This document shows positions 25,091-39,046 of a stretch of DNA of 49,876 nucleotides, one piece after another. Source of the DNA: Octopus bimaculoides (taxonomy: Eukaryota); NCBI RefSeq assembly GCF_001194135.2, contig NC_068987.1:67791815-67841690 (forward strand). The letters run 5' to 3'. The translations under genes were made by a program, and so were the position numbers. The notes below the pieces were generated by a model. It worked only from the letters and a program-made list of their open reading frames with translations, searched no databases and was not told the DNA's origin. Every line of letters begins with the position of its first letter. Position 1 is the first letter of the stretch.

Positions 25091-25709
25091 GGAAAAAGAG
25101 TGGGAGAGAGAAAGAGGAGGAGGGAGAATAAGGGAAGTAGAGTGATTTTACATATGTGTGTTTCTCTAAATTGAGAGTGAATGCGGCAGACAGAGAAATT
25201 GAGAAAGCAAGACAGATTGATAGAAAAAGAGATAGGCATAGAAAAAACGAAGGAGTGGTTTACGTGGGAGAGATATAATCAGAGACATTTATTTATTTGT
25301 TTATTTACTTATTTATTTATTAATTTATTAATTCATTTATTTACTTTTTTACTCCAGTTCCTCGAATCCTCCTAATTTTCAATTTCCATTTCGAAAAATT
25401 CCTGAAATGTTCGTATTCAGTTAATTAACCTAAGACTTTATGTGAGTGTGGTGGGTGGAGGTAAGAGTGATGATTAACGACCCTATGAAAGACAGATAGA
25501 CAAATGGACAAAATGTTGAACGCTTCGGCGGTGGAAGTAGCGATGTTTAATGATGTTGGTGTTAGAAGTGGTAGCTTTTGAAGTAGCGGTAGCAGGGGTG
25601 ATTGGTAACTGTCGTTGTGGTTACGTTGGATGTTCTGCTTCTTGAACTGCTGCTGGTGTTGCTGTTTCACCTACTGCTGATGCTGGCGATATTGGTGTTG
25701 ATCTGTGAT

Positions 25710-25806
<97 letters not shown>
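25710..25806. repeat. (TAC)n microsatellite in a GT-rich low-complexity region; (TAG)n also at 26647-26700
   Basis: Directly visible. Confidence 0.95.
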
Positions 25807-26644
25807 GTAGTGTGGTCGATTTTGTTGATGTTGTTGTTACTGGTGGTGGTGGCGAAAAATTTAGCTTTGCTACTACAGATGGCTTATAGCGGCGGTGGCG
25901 ATGAAGGTCTTGGTGATTGGCGGTATACGTGACATAGGTGTTGAGTTTCATACTAATGGTAGTACAGCTAAAATTGGTAGCAATATTTATAATGGTAGTA
26001 GCCTTAGTACTGTTTGTAGTTCTGGTAAATAATAGTGGTTTTGGTAGGTTTAGTGGTGTCGGTATTAATAGTGGGAGATTTTTCTTTCTGCTGCTGAAAG
26101 TATTGGAGGTACAGAGAAACATCAGGGAATAGAACAAATAATGGTGTGGTGGGGGTGGTTGCCTGATGGTACTAGTCGTAGTGTTAATTATTGGCTCAGT
26201 TTGTTGTTTATATTATTTAGCTCTCATCAAACACATGGCAGCCATGGACATTACGTCCTTTCTCCCTGCTGAGAATCCAGAACGTCATTATCCCAGCATG
26301 TACTTTTAAAATTCTAAAGAGTGAATTGAGAGGTATTTGACTGTTATTTCTAGAAGATCGAGTAACCAAAATGCAGGCTCTCTTGTTAGCGGTGGTGATG
26401 ATATTAGTGGAGGGATAGGTGCATTTTTTATTAAGAAAGTACACTGGGAATAATGATGGTTTTCAGGAAGGTATGAGAATTTAATTCAGGAAGTGGTGTT
26501 GGAACTGATGACAATTTAGTTGTTATAGCAACGCTGATAAATGATAGCGGATGAGACGGTATTGCTTATGGTTGTTTGTGGATCTTTGTAAGTAGTGGTA
26601 TATCACAGTGAGGCTATGGTCGTGGTCATCGTAAATATTAGCAC

Positions 26645-26701
<57 letters not shown>

Positions 26702-26985
26702 GAGTGTGACCTGACATGTCATGGCGATCTTTGCTTTTGTTTAGTTCAAATTAGTTTCTCTGTATAAGCAAACCTTTATGCAAAGTCATTCTATGCATCA
26801 CCTTCCCTCCTACACAATCTGATTTAGGCTAGACAATTACAAGTGTCGTAGTTAAGGCAGTAGGGTGGGATATAATAATGATTTGTCTAATGTTTCAAGC
26901 AAGTTAAGCGTACTCACTGAAATGCCCTCGATATTGGTAATGCAAGAGTGCGGTGCCTGGCTTTGGTGACATTATTCCTAGTATT

Positions 26986-27201
26986 AAGGCGGCGAACTGG
27001 CAAAATCGTTAGTCTGTCGGTTGAAAAGTTTAGCGACATTTCGTCCATTTTTACGCTCTGAGTTCAAATGCAGCCAGCCATCACTTTGCCTTTCCACTTT
27101 CTGGAGTCGATGAAATAAGTACTAGTAGAGCACTGGAGTCGATGTTATCAACCTACCCACAAGCCCGAAATTGCTGGCCTTGTACCAAAACTTGAAACCA
27201 G
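26986..27201 (+). mobile_element. SINE with a 17-bp target-site duplication
   Basis: CATTATTCCTAGTATTA (26970-26986) and CATTATTCATAGTATTA (27202-27218) flank the element, one mismatch. Confidence 0.8.
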
Positions 27202-27667
27202 CATTATTCATAGTATTAGTAGTACTGATATAATTATTGAACACAGCAACATTATTGTTGATTTGTCGTAGCGAAGAAATCGTTGGTTAGATCCGATAGA
27301 CTACTTTGTTGTGAAGTTTGAGGCAGAGGTTGCTATGTTTGTAAAAGTTGGTTGAGATAACAATTGATGAAGTGGTAGAGGCGGTAGAAGTGTTAGCAGT
27401 TACAGTTATATCGACTGTAATCTTTGAAGGAGTACAGTCAGTCAGGAAACCTCTGTGCTACTAAAGGCACCGCCCATGGTTTGCATCAGATCGAAGTTCA
27501 AGTCACGCTGAGGTTAAGTATGTCTTTGATCCTGATAGCATCGATAAAATATAGTACCAAAGAAGTGCCAGAAGCGATTACATCAAGTACTTCCANNNNN
27601 NNNNNNNNNNNNNNGAAGTTATTGGCTTTGTGCCTTTAGTAAAAAGTATTATTCTTTTCTACTTTAG

Positions 27668-29740
27668 AAAACAGAAATTGCTAATGCCGACGAGATAGAG
27701 GAGTGTTGGAAGGATATTAAAGACGTGGTAACGTTTATTAATAGGGGAAGAAAATACGGTACGTGGAGGTACGCTTCGTTAATGAAAACGAAGCGAAAAA
27801 TACTCCACCGTAGCCTTAAAATCATCGAAATGGGCACTCCTACCAACGTACTGCGGAAAGCGCGCGGCCCGAGCTCGAATCGGTAGGGTGCCACCTGAAA
27901 TTGAGGAAGACTGGCTGGTAGCGGCAATTTTCCTCAATATGGAGGAAAACACGGAAATTTTAACGCCTCTGATAGGGTCGATCATTAATACTTCGCGGCT
28001 ATTCTCAAGGCAGCCGGTTTCGGTCTAGTTTTCCGCGGTTGGATCGCTGCTTTGTACAGTGGCATCTGCTCAGTTGTTCGGGTGATTGGTCTCCTGTCTG
28101 AACCATTTAGTCAAGAGTGCCCTCTCTCCTCATTTCTGTATGTACTGACTCCTGAATTATTACTGTGGAAGCTGGAGGTTTTCGAGTGTGTCCTGCGTAA
28201 TCTAGAGTGTAGAAGTGTGTCTGTTTACGTCGAAGATGTCACCGTCATAGCGTCGAACCACAGGCATATAGACCTGACTGGCGACACACTACAAGAATAT
28301 GTAGCGGTGACAGGAGCAAAAATTAACGCGGAAACGTCAGTGGGCTTGCAACTAGGCACCTGGAGCGACAAGTCCATGACGTCCAGCAGCGTCATGGGGA
28401 GCTGGACAGACGATCCGGTTAAATTGCTCGGAGTCTGGTCTGGTTCATGCCTCCAGGTGGAGAAAGACTGAGACGAAGTAATGAGCAAGGTAGCCAATCT
28501 CACCCAAAAACGGGCCGGGAGAAAGCTGTCCCAGAAAAGTCGAGCGGAGGTGGCAAATGCGTACATCGCATCCGTCATGTATTACCGCTTGACCGTCGTC
28601 CCTTGCGTCATTTGCTGATTGACCAAGCTGGAGCGCTTACATTTCCACTTTCTGTGGAAGGGGCGCGTTCCACTGATCAAGCGCTCCATCTGCTGTCAGC
28701 ACCCGCTGAATAGAGGGATGGACATGCCGTGATTGCTGATGCGCAGACATGCGCCCAGGCTATGGCATGGAGCGTTTCCTTGACGGTGAGCAGATCTGAT
28801 CGCCGTGTGTAAGGCATACTTTTCCACAGCTAGTCTCTTTGACTGAGCTGCAAACCTGGATTAGGCTTAGACCGAAGAGGGACGCTTGGAAACTCGAGTA
28901 CCGTCAAGCACTCACAATCCTCCACCAGGCGGGCAAAGCGGTCGGTAGTCCCACTCTAGCGTTCTATAGAGGGCTGGTGGAGGGAAAGTGCGACGGCACT
29001 CTCGGGAGAACTTTCGGGCCTGGGCCTATGGATAACTTCTGGAAATCCCTTGCCTGGCAGTGCTACTGATGGGCGCTGCCTGTCGAGGATAAAGTTTACA
29101 GGTACGGAAGTGCTATCAGTCGGGCCTACCCGGGGTGCGCCCAGAACGATGAAATCGTTCTGCACGCCCTCGTCCAGTGCCCGAGTATTGTTGACCTATT
29201 GGTTTATGTCGAACACCTGCTGTCGCGTATAGGACGGATCCGGCTATCAGCTGAATCCATTGTGAAGATTGCCCCGCCGCCCTTTTTTTGGCCGAGCGGG
29301 GGGGCAGGCAATTTTTATTTGTCTAGTGGCTGTAGTGAAAGAGGTAGTATGGTGGACCTGTTTGAAAGGGTTAAAGAGATACACTTCCCTCTTTGGCCAA
29401 GCCCTCATCAACTTTTTCAAGTTTCACTTGAAAAGGAAGTCGAGGGTGGAGAGAGAAGTATTGCGTTGTAGCAAGTTTGTTGAAAGGTGGGTGAATGTTG
29501 GAAGAATAGCCAGTGTGAAAGGAACAATTTTGAGCGTGCACCCGTGGCTTTTGTGGTTTTTGTCCATGAGAACCTTAAAGCGCCTCCCCTATTGGGAGTT
29601 TTAATTTGTTCCATGTTTATTCTTATTACATTGTGTAAACGCGAAAACCCATTGTATCGTTCTGTTTTTGTCTTGAAGTTGTTGTATGTCATTTAATGTT
29701 TTTGTTTGTGAGTCATTGTGGCTAATAAAAGAATAAATTA
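27668..29740 (+). pseudogene. L1/Tx1-type LINE relic: ORF1 fragment joined to RT, C-terminal Zn finger and 3' UTR
   Basis: ORF1 EIEEC..GRKYGT.EVRF..WALLPTYCGKR (homologous to 48655-48930); RT DRVDH, QECPLSSFLY, YVED (YADD equivalent), TGAKIN; CPRCAQNDEIVLHALVQCP-like finger; AATAAA at about 29724. Confidence 0.88.
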
Positions 29741-29759
29741 TTGGTATTATTATTAATTA

Positions 29760-30083
29760 TGGTGGTGAGCTGGCAGAATCGTTAGCACGCCGGACAACAT
29801 GCTTAGGGGCATTTCATCCGTCGTTACATCAAGATTAAATTCTGCTGAGATCGGATTTGCCTTTCATCCTTCAAAATTTCAGGCCTTGTGCTTTTAGTAG
29901 TAAAGATTATTATTATTAAGGCGGTGAGCTGGTAGAATCGTTAGCACGTCGGACAAAATACTTAACGGCATTTCGTTCGTCCTTACATTCTTAGTTCAAA
30001 TTCGCACTTCATCCTTTTGAGGTCGATCTAATCGACTAGTCCCCTCCCACAAAATCTCAGATCTTGTACTTTTAGTAGTAAGG

Positions 30084-30122
<39 letters not shown>
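29760..30122 (+). mobile_element. Two tandem (TTA)n-family SINEs separated and ended by (TTA)n
   Basis: Heads at 29760 and 29918; tails TTTAGTAGTAA(A/G)GATTATT. Confidence 0.85.
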
Positions 30123-30124
<2 letters not shown>

Positions 30125-30684
30125 ACTTTGGTTTTTGTAAGATTTCCTCTGATTACTCATGTCTTGATATAAACTTTGAGAGAACTTTTAGCTAAAAATT
30201 CGTAGTCGTTTCTTACTAAATTGACCAGGAAATGATCGGATACATTTTTTTCAACATGTCGGTGATACATCAGATCTAATCTACCTGTTATTCTTTCAAA
30301 AATATTCCTCGATGTCCGAATAGTTTTCACTTGACTACCATATTGTCAGTCTGGGCAGGCATGTGAGGGATGATTACTGTGTTTGGTATATGAATGTATC
30401 CATTCTTATACATGTTCAAGTCGATGTATACTCACTGGGCCCTGTAAAACATACGGAAACTTTTGCTGTGTTTGTGAATATACTCGAGCATAGATAAAGT
30501 AAAGAACTGAAATAATGTACCTAAATGTTTAATCATCATTTAAAAAATTTATATTTCATTTTTGTATTTCTTTGCGTTGTTTTCTCAGTATTTAACTCCA
30601 TAAGAAAAAAATATATAATAATTTGTGCTATGCCCTGAAGCAAGAAAACTTTCTTGACTTGATTGCCGGCTATTTTAAAAATCT

Positions 30685-30780
30685 TGACATAACCAGAAGT
30701 ACATAACTATAAACATTTATACCTACCCTATATACACAACGTATCCATAGTGCATATTCAAATGTTCACACTAATATAGA
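30685..30780 (+). repeat. 96-bp segment duplicated at 33707-33802
   Basis: Five mismatches counted by eye. Confidence 0.9.
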
Positions 30781-33366
30781 TATTCATGAATTCAGTTTTA
30801 GTGATACATATATTAGGCTTCGCAACGAACTGGCTTCAGAAGATCAAATTGGAGATATATGAACATATTCTATCGATTCCATCTATCGTTGTTCCAAGTT
30901 AGATGGGATTTGCTGGACAGTGATATTGTGCTGGGAAGCAGCAATATATTTTGGAGACTTCCGCATAGAGAACAAAGATTATATTGATGTTGTTGGCAGA
31001 GACACAATATGAAATTGAGGACATACAAAGCTAATGGGGTATAGAGATTGCTGGCTCGGTGTTGTGAAATACATCTCAGTTGCATCCACTTCAAGAAAAA
31101 AAATGTTCTACATCAGTGGAGTTAATTACCGTTTCCTAATTTATTGTCTCTTTCAATGATGAAGGATTTTTTAGATGGTATCTGATTCTATTAATCAATT
31201 TCCTTCTACTTACTACTACACATTCATCTGGTCTCATTGTTGCTTTCTTATAGTATTCTACTTCTATGAAGTCTCATCCCCGTATGTATGAGTGGTGGTT
31301 ATTCTTTTTATATCAGCTTTTGAAAAGCAGCTTCGAAACTGATAGTTTCTACTCTTGGCATTCAGTTCACTTAAGTTCCAGCTTGGCACATGTAGATGTA
31401 AGCGAGTGTGTGTCTGTGTGCGTGCGTGTGTGTATGTTGTGTTTTCGTATATCTACCCATCCATCCATCCATACATACATACATACATACATAAGCACAC
31501 GTGTGTGTGCGCGCATGTACGTAAGTGTACTGCGTCTTAGATATGTGGGATATAAAGAGTTTAATTGCGGTGATATATTCAGTTTGCTTTATGTAATGTT
31601 ACACTCATTTATTCCTAATATATATCTTCTTGTTCTCCATCATTAATTCTTAGATCGTTATCTATGTTGATATTATTTGCTTTTGGTAATGTTCCATTAA
31701 TTGGAGTAGCTTTGTCACACTTCTAAACTTCTATGTTCATGAAGATGTATCTATTGTAACATCAGACTGTTTGATGTAGACGTTCTAGTTAGTTGCCTTA
31801 CATTTCAAACAATTTCAAGACATCGATATACAAAATATTATTTATTAGTTGTGTATTGAAGATGTATTTGCATGCAGAGTGGTTCAGTAAATTCATTAGA
31901 ATGTCTCTTCTGGACAAAAATATAGACGAAGCATTGGGTCTCAGTGGAAAAGTTAGTTCTGTGCCCGTTGGTTTTCGTTTCCCTACACTTAAAGTAAAGT
32001 TATGCTTGTTTATACATTTTTCAGTATTCTATAACCTTAAATCTTATTGCTTTTCTTTTATTGAGCTGATGCTCTCCGACACTAGTGTGATCGATACGGT
32101 GTTCGCTGAATCTGCCCGGAAAAAAGTGGGTGGGGGCAGAATTACGCAATGTCGACACTCTGGTGAGGAGAACGCAAAGTGGTTACATGGGTCTTCGGGT
32201 ATAAGAGATGAAGTGTATATGATATACTAAGAGCCGCTTCGTATTCGCACACTTTCCAATATCCAGCAGTGTTTAAAGGGTTTAATGAAATTAAGCCCTT
32301 TTTTCTATAAAGTGCGTGAATTTTTTTTTTATCATAACGTATATATCAGCATTAGTAACAATCACATTGCAGGTAAATACATTGATTTCAAAGTATCTGA
32401 AGGTAGCTGCATTGCTCTATGGTCGAGCTAGCAAGTGACAACTCCAAACATTTGTGTATTAGGTTTCATCAGCGAAGGTATGTCAGCTATGTTAAACTTA
32501 AAACAATAATGCCCGTAGACGGAGATTAATTATTCAGAGATGCCATCTGCATGATGAACATTTAGATACGTTACTATTAACATGCTTAATGCAAAGAAAA
32601 CTGAAAAAAAAAGAACAAGAAAAGACATTTTAAATATTTACGCGCTAAAAATACAGCATTAGCACATTGATTAATGTTATTTCAATCCTGGACATGCTTT
32701 GGTTATATTATACCTCATCAGTGAAGCATAGACTTCATCGCACTTGATGAAGTAGTGCTTAGAGTATCACAAATTATATCTTACTATGTTCACTTCTAAT
32801 GGTGCGTTTTAAAAGATTTAAAAAAAGTTCTTTTTATCATATTTCTCCGGACATTTCGGTTCTACTACTCAAAGTTATATTTGCGGAAGCATTCTGTATG
32901 GAAATGGAAAAGAAATAGATATACATGTTACATGTTACTGAGAGAAATATGAGTGGAATCATACTCATTGAATATGTGAGTTTAAATTTGAAGAGATAAG
33001 AATTTCACTGACTTAGAATAACTTGCTTTGGATTATATTTGTCGTTCCAGTAGATATTTCTGACAGATTTTCGATACGATATATTCTAAGATATTTGCCA
33101 CTGGCAAACTTTTCTTGGGAAGGGTAAAAACAAACATCGTGGTAATCATTAAAAGAATGGAGAGATATAACCTACAGATTTTGTTGAAACTATTGTGTAA
33201 TCCAACATTATTATTGTGATAGCTATCATTTCTCAATATGACTTAAATATTTCAATATTTCTTGTTCACTTTAAAATGCATATATATATATATACGCACG
33301 CATCCGCACACGCGCACGCACGCACACACACGCACAGACACACAGACACACACACACATACACATA

Positions 33367-33411
<45 letters not shown>

Positions 33412-33500
33412 CAATTAAAATTAAGGAAAAATCTATTATAGAATGTTATCAAGTAGCTAGCATGTAAAAGCCAATTAAGGTAAAAATTAATACAAAGTAC

Positions 33501-33974
33501 ATAATTTTATAAATATAATTATAAAATTATAATAAGGGCAATTACGAGGTAATGTCACATGCTAGAAGAAGACGCCCAATGGCTCTAAACAACATAGACA
33601 CGCGCTGAAAGCGAGGGAATGATCAAAGAACATTTTTTGAAAAAGATTATTCACATATGGAAGTATTTCAGGTTTAGTGATCTAATACACTCTACCATCA
33701 TCAGTATGACATAACCAGAAGTACATAATTATAAACATTTACACATACCCTATATACACAACGTACCCATAGTGCATATTCAAATGTTCACACTTATATA
33801 GAAGTTAAAAATGTATTTCGTTCATCTCAGCCACGTGAGAATAACCAAAATGATTTAGCGCGTGTCTATGTGATAAATAAAGTAGTTCAGAGCCATTTGG
33901 CGTCTTCTTCTAGCATGTGGTGTTATCTCGTAATTGCCCTTATTATAATTATATAATTATATTTATAAAATTAT
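33501..33974. mobile_element. MITE with 110-120-bp terminal inverted repeats
   Basis: 33501-33608 matches the reverse complement of 33855-33974 (TAAGGGCAATTACGAG..CATGCTAGAAGAAGACGCC..CATAGACACGCGCT). Confidence 0.82.
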
Positions 33975-33980
33975 ACACGT

Positions 33981-34026
<46 letters not shown>

Positions 34027-35489
34027 GAGGGAGAGAAAGATAGAGAGGTGGGGAGAGAGTAAGAAAGAGATAGATAGATAGAGAGATATATAGATGTAAG
34101 AGTGATGCAAATGTATTCTTATACACCTTTAAATTTTAATTCACCACATCGATATTATGACTTTTGTCGGATGTTAATTTTATTCTCCGCAAATACGTTG
34201 ACAACATCTGAGTAAATGAATTCTTTCACTATTTTGTTATTCGATTTGATTTATTTAAAAATTACTTTTAGTACGCTATTGTAGTCGGCAATATGTTGTC
34301 GAAACACTTTGCTTAATATAATTGGTTGAAGTTATCCATTGATTGAGATTGTCGAATTTCTTTCCAAATGTTACCTATCAGTATTTATTTTTCTTTTTTC
34401 GTGGTGAACAGTATTTCATATCGTCTTTGATATTCTGTATATATTGCACCGGTTATTTGGATTACCATCATTCTATAACTGATTCATATTGCTGTTGTTG
34501 TGCCGTTGTTATGGTTGTTGCTCTTGTTGCTACAATTTCTCGTAGACCCAGATCGGCTTTACTCAACCAGTCATATGGCACTTGTATTATTGGCAGAATG
34601 GTTAGGTGTAAACCGTAGATTTATTCTCCCGGGTATAACATGCTCTCCTTAACTGAGAAGCATACTAAATGCTCTGATATGTTGTTAAATGGTAGGGGTT
34701 TCTATGTCATAGTTTGGACATATAACTGTTTCCATTCCCAAACGTGCATTGAAAATTTTAGTTACTTGCAAAGGATCAGTCTACTCGCCCGAAGTGTTTG
34801 AAGTGTCTCTCACCATAGAAGATTCCTTGTTCTCCAGTATGTCTGACCTCGAAATCATAACAACACGTCTTGAATAGAAACGTCGGTTTATAGCCAGCAT
34901 ACAATATTTTGAAGAACTGCGTTGTCCCATCGATTTCTTGTCAGATTATTTGTTGTATGATGAATATTTTTGTTGAGCAGCAGATGTTACATTTCAAAGT
35001 CCACCGGATATGTCGCTGTTTTTATGCGGCTAAGCTGATTGACCGAATTACAGAAAAACTACGAAATTGTCTTCTGTGTATTCAGTGTTGATGTATTATT
35101 GACATGTGGCAACTACGGCTATAAAATCTCTGTCTTTTTGTCTGAGTAATCTATTCAGGAAGAAGCCAGTATGAAAGAGATGTATGTATGCCTTGATGAA
35201 AGCAGAACACTCCATTCTAAGTCCAAAGCACCAATTAAGGGAAAATCTAGATGTTTGAGGCAGCATTCCATACATTAATGAATCAAATCCTTCACAAGAG
35301 TTGATATGATGTGAAGATCGAATTGGAAGCAGAACTGCACTGAAACAAAAACAAACAAAACTTTTTGTTTTACGGAAACAAAAATCTTTTACTTAATGTG
35401 GAACGACTAGTGGCAACAAATAGACTGTTCATTACAAGTGTCATTTGTCTTTTGCGGGCCAGACTTTGTCCGTCGGACGCGCATTGTAA

Positions 35490-35522
<33 letters not shown>

Positions 35523-38500
35523 TTTCACATATATGTACTGTATTTAACAGAGATATTGTATTTTTACAGATAAAATATTTAACGCAGATATTGACTTTTA
35601 CATTTCGATTGTCTTTATCTGGCATACTATTTTTAACAAATATTGCATTGAACGCATATTTTTCTATTAAAACAGATATTAGCGTTAACAAAAATAATGA
35701 TCTTACATCAGAAAAGAATGACTAGAATAAATACACATAAACGTCTATTGCTTGTAAAACGACTAGTAAAATGTATGGTAGCATAGCCAGCATAATGCAT
35801 CAAAAGATTTCAGTTAATTAGGAAAACATATTTAGAGAGGTGAAAGAAATCGACATCTTAAGGAGAAGGCCTGGCCAAGGAATGTAGGCGATTTGGTGGT
35901 TAACGAAAATAGTAAAATTTAATACTAAATATACAATTTTATTGACAGTAAGTGGGGACAACTAAGGACATGTTTTGCTCTAACTGGACCTCAACGAAGC
36001 ATGTCTAGCTGTTATATCTTAACGAAACAAAGATTTCTCTTTAACATACAACACACATTTTAAAATATATTGTTTGATGACATAAATATAATGTAACACA
36101 TATCACGTTACATATTAGTTCATGTATTGTTATTAGGATTCATGCTGATATTGAAAGAAAGGAAGTTAAAATAGCGTTCGCGGAGTGTGGTTTTACTCGG
36201 TATTCTAATGTTGAAAATTTGAAAAGATAATAACATTGATAATGTCTTTTTTAGAATAAATATTATTGCTCTTAGTTAGCTTCAAGTCAGTATAGATCGT
36301 GTGGATCTATGATGAAAGGGCGTTCCATCTATACCACCCTATCTTTCAGTTATTTTGCTGCGTATGTGCATGATGCACAGAAACAAAAATTAATGAAGTG
36401 ATTGGAAATGAAACGGTGAGAGCGGACATACAGCAATCAGCTGAAAATTTCGGAGAAGTTATTTTGCAAAAGTGCAAATTTCCACTACAATCGAAAGTCG
36501 ACTTAAGTATAAAAGACTTAGAATCTGCGTTCACGCGGAAAGAGTTTCATTTGAGTTATTGATACAAATATTGAGTAATTTCCAGATGTCTAATATTATA
36601 TGAATAACTGAAAATCGACATACCGCACATTCATCCAATAGCAAACTTTTTGGAAACAATTGCACATTGTGTTGGGAAACATACATGTGATGTTGTATGG
36701 TGTGTTGGGATATAGTAGTGCAGGTATGGTGTGGTTTGTGGTAGTGGTGTGGTAATGGAAGTGTGACGTGTTAGGGTGTAACATCTCATCCTATTGGGGA
36801 GTAGGTAATTTTCATGAGTGTAGTAGTATTAATTGCTAGCTATTTCCAACTTCCCCTCGCTAAATTAATTTTGTTCTGAAAAATCTTGGGTGAGGTGGAT
36901 GGGATATTGAGGTGTTGGTGAATGGTGATGGAATGCTGTAATTCACAATGTCTGTGAGTGTGGAGGAAAGAGTGTACATAGAGGTGCAACTCATGAGGAA
37001 AAGGAAATGTGACAGAAAGGAATATATAATTAGAATGAAAACAAGAAACAAATTGATAAATATAAAATTATTTAAATCGATTCTTTCTTCGCATGAATGC
37101 TATTTAAGGCGTGGCAGTATACAAATGAAATGCTTTGGACTAGAAGGGAATTTCAGAGAAGCAGATAGGAATAAGATAACGGACAATGAAAAGATGCCGC
37201 TGGTAAAGTGAAGAAAATTATGAAAATAATGAACACAATTGAATAAATGAAACGGGGAAAATTTAAAGAGGTAAGGAGAGGTTATCTCGATGGAAACCGT
37301 CTAGTAGACAATAAAAGTGTTAGTAAATCTAATATCAAAAATTGAAATTTCATTGAAAAACAGAAAAGTAAAACAATTAATAGACAGTCAAACGTACAAT
37401 ATTTTCTTTGCTGGATTTAAATAATTAGAATCTTCGATTTGGTGATTTTTAAACAAATGTAAACATGTGTTAATATTTAGTCTTGATATTTCAGTGCTAG
37501 AATATTTAATACTAATATGATTTGGTGTACCATGTCATATAGCTTCTGTTTACATACAATTTGCAATAATCATGTCATTGTAACTCAGCGAAAGACACAT
37601 CGTTCCAACAGTCTCAGTTTAATTTTCTGTATAAATTGTGCTTATGGACGCCTTGGAACGTTTTCTGTCAGTGCAAGCGATAAACTAGCACTATTCTAAG
37701 ACTGGATATCACTCGGTTAATCTTACTGGAATATTACAAATAAAAATATATGTAATAGAACCCACTTTGTTTGGGAAATAAAACTTTATATTACCAAAAC
37801 AGGCCCCATAAAAATGATTTTATTTCCTGTGAAAGAGCATTTTTTAATCTCTTAGATATATCTAACAAATTAATATTACTATAATGTAAATCGGGAGGAG
37901 CCCTAGATAAAAAGAATGTAAAGAAAATTTATGCCCTACTTTTGTTTCTCAATAATATATCCCCATTACTTCTTCTTCTTTCCTTAATTTTTTTATGAAA
38001 CCCAAAATTCAGCTGGATGACATTCAGCTTCCTTGAACAAAGAAGAACAGCGTAATGATACCTCTTCAAAGAATGGTATTCTGTATTGAGAAAAACACTT
38101 TCAAAAATGTATACAAGCACACATAACTGAATGAAGTAATGTTGTCTTCACAGCCGTGTGGTTCGAGTACTAATCTTACGGAGTAATTTTCTTCTAATGT
38201 AACCTCAAATAAGCCAACGCATTGAAATTTGGTTGACATGATTTTAAATGAAAAGCCAGCATGCTTTCGTTATGTCTTCATGTAAGTTATATTATGCACT
38301 TTGCTATCTTGAAAATAATATATTGAAGGCATTTGGATAAGAAAGATAAAATATAACAAAAGATAAAACTGAGAGAGAGAAAAAGAGAAAGAGAGATAGA
38401 GAGATAGAGAGAAGAAAGAGAGAGAGGGCAGAGTGAGAGAGAGAGGAGAGAAAGTGAGAGGGAGGGAGAAAGATTATTAAATTTTGGCAAGTTAAAAATT

Positions 38501-38567
38501 ATTGACGATTATAAAATGAATAAGTTACAAGATTTGTAATGGAAATAAGTAGTATATGTTTTCTTAC

Positions 38568-39046
38568 AGAATATTTTATTATAAGGTAAATATATGGTTT
38601 GAAGTCCATAACAGATATTCAACAAAACACCTAAGGTATTATAAGCTTTCGAGACGTTGAGGAATCTTGTATAGAGAAATACCGTTCCTATATCCCGCAT
38701 ATCATCTGCAAAACGCTCTTAGCTAAGCAAAGAAATATTTTATCATATTATTCCAACTATACAAACTTCGTCTTCCTATAGCCTGAAGACCAACTTGGAA
38801 ACTTGGCCGGTTTTTTTATGGTCTCAACTCTAATGTCTCTCAATCTCCCAGTAGCTATTTCGATGCTTCTTCTCGTCTAAGAAAAAACATAACTTTCACA
38901 CATGTGTCAAAGAATTTTCTCAATTCTCTGACTACACTTTTCAAACTTTCACAGATATATTTCCAAAATTACCTGCGTAGCAGCATCTAGGATCATTCGA
39001 TATGTAGTTGACTCAGAGTCTATATATAATAGTTCTCTCCAGTCAT
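38568..39046 (-). CDS. Three candidate exons (39046-38973, 38876-38795, 38705-38568) of an unassigned gene
   Basis: GT-AG introns of 96 and 89 nt keep the frame: DWRELLYIDSESTTYRMILDAATQ/TRRSIEIATGRLRDIRVETIKKPAKFP/NDMRDIGTVFLYTRF.... The first intron has good sites (CAG|gtaatt, ttttcttag); the second donor is weak. Confidence 0.35.

Noticed and set aside
25400-26160. Thr/Pro-rich mucin-like minus-strand ORFs
   Set aside because: Explained by decayed (TAC)n/(TGG)n simple repeats; no convincing splice boundaries.
30900-31060. Possible decayed RT motif (DFRIENKDYIDVV/LAET)
   Set aside because: Too short and too diverged to support without a search.
32060-33123. Plus-strand exon candidates near 32066-32162, 32463-32477 and 33051-33123 (also near 20330, 21007 and 26221)
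   Set aside because: Each has plausible GT/AG sites, but they are short, give no recognisable protein, and could not be linked; such hits are expected by chance in AT-rich DNA.
36350-36415. 66-nt exon-like segment with strong splice sites and a single in-frame TGA (LFCCVCA*CTETK) as a selenoprotein exon
   Set aside because: All three frames contain a stop, there is no CxxU/UxxC motif or recognisable selenoprotein similarity, and no SECIS could be identified.
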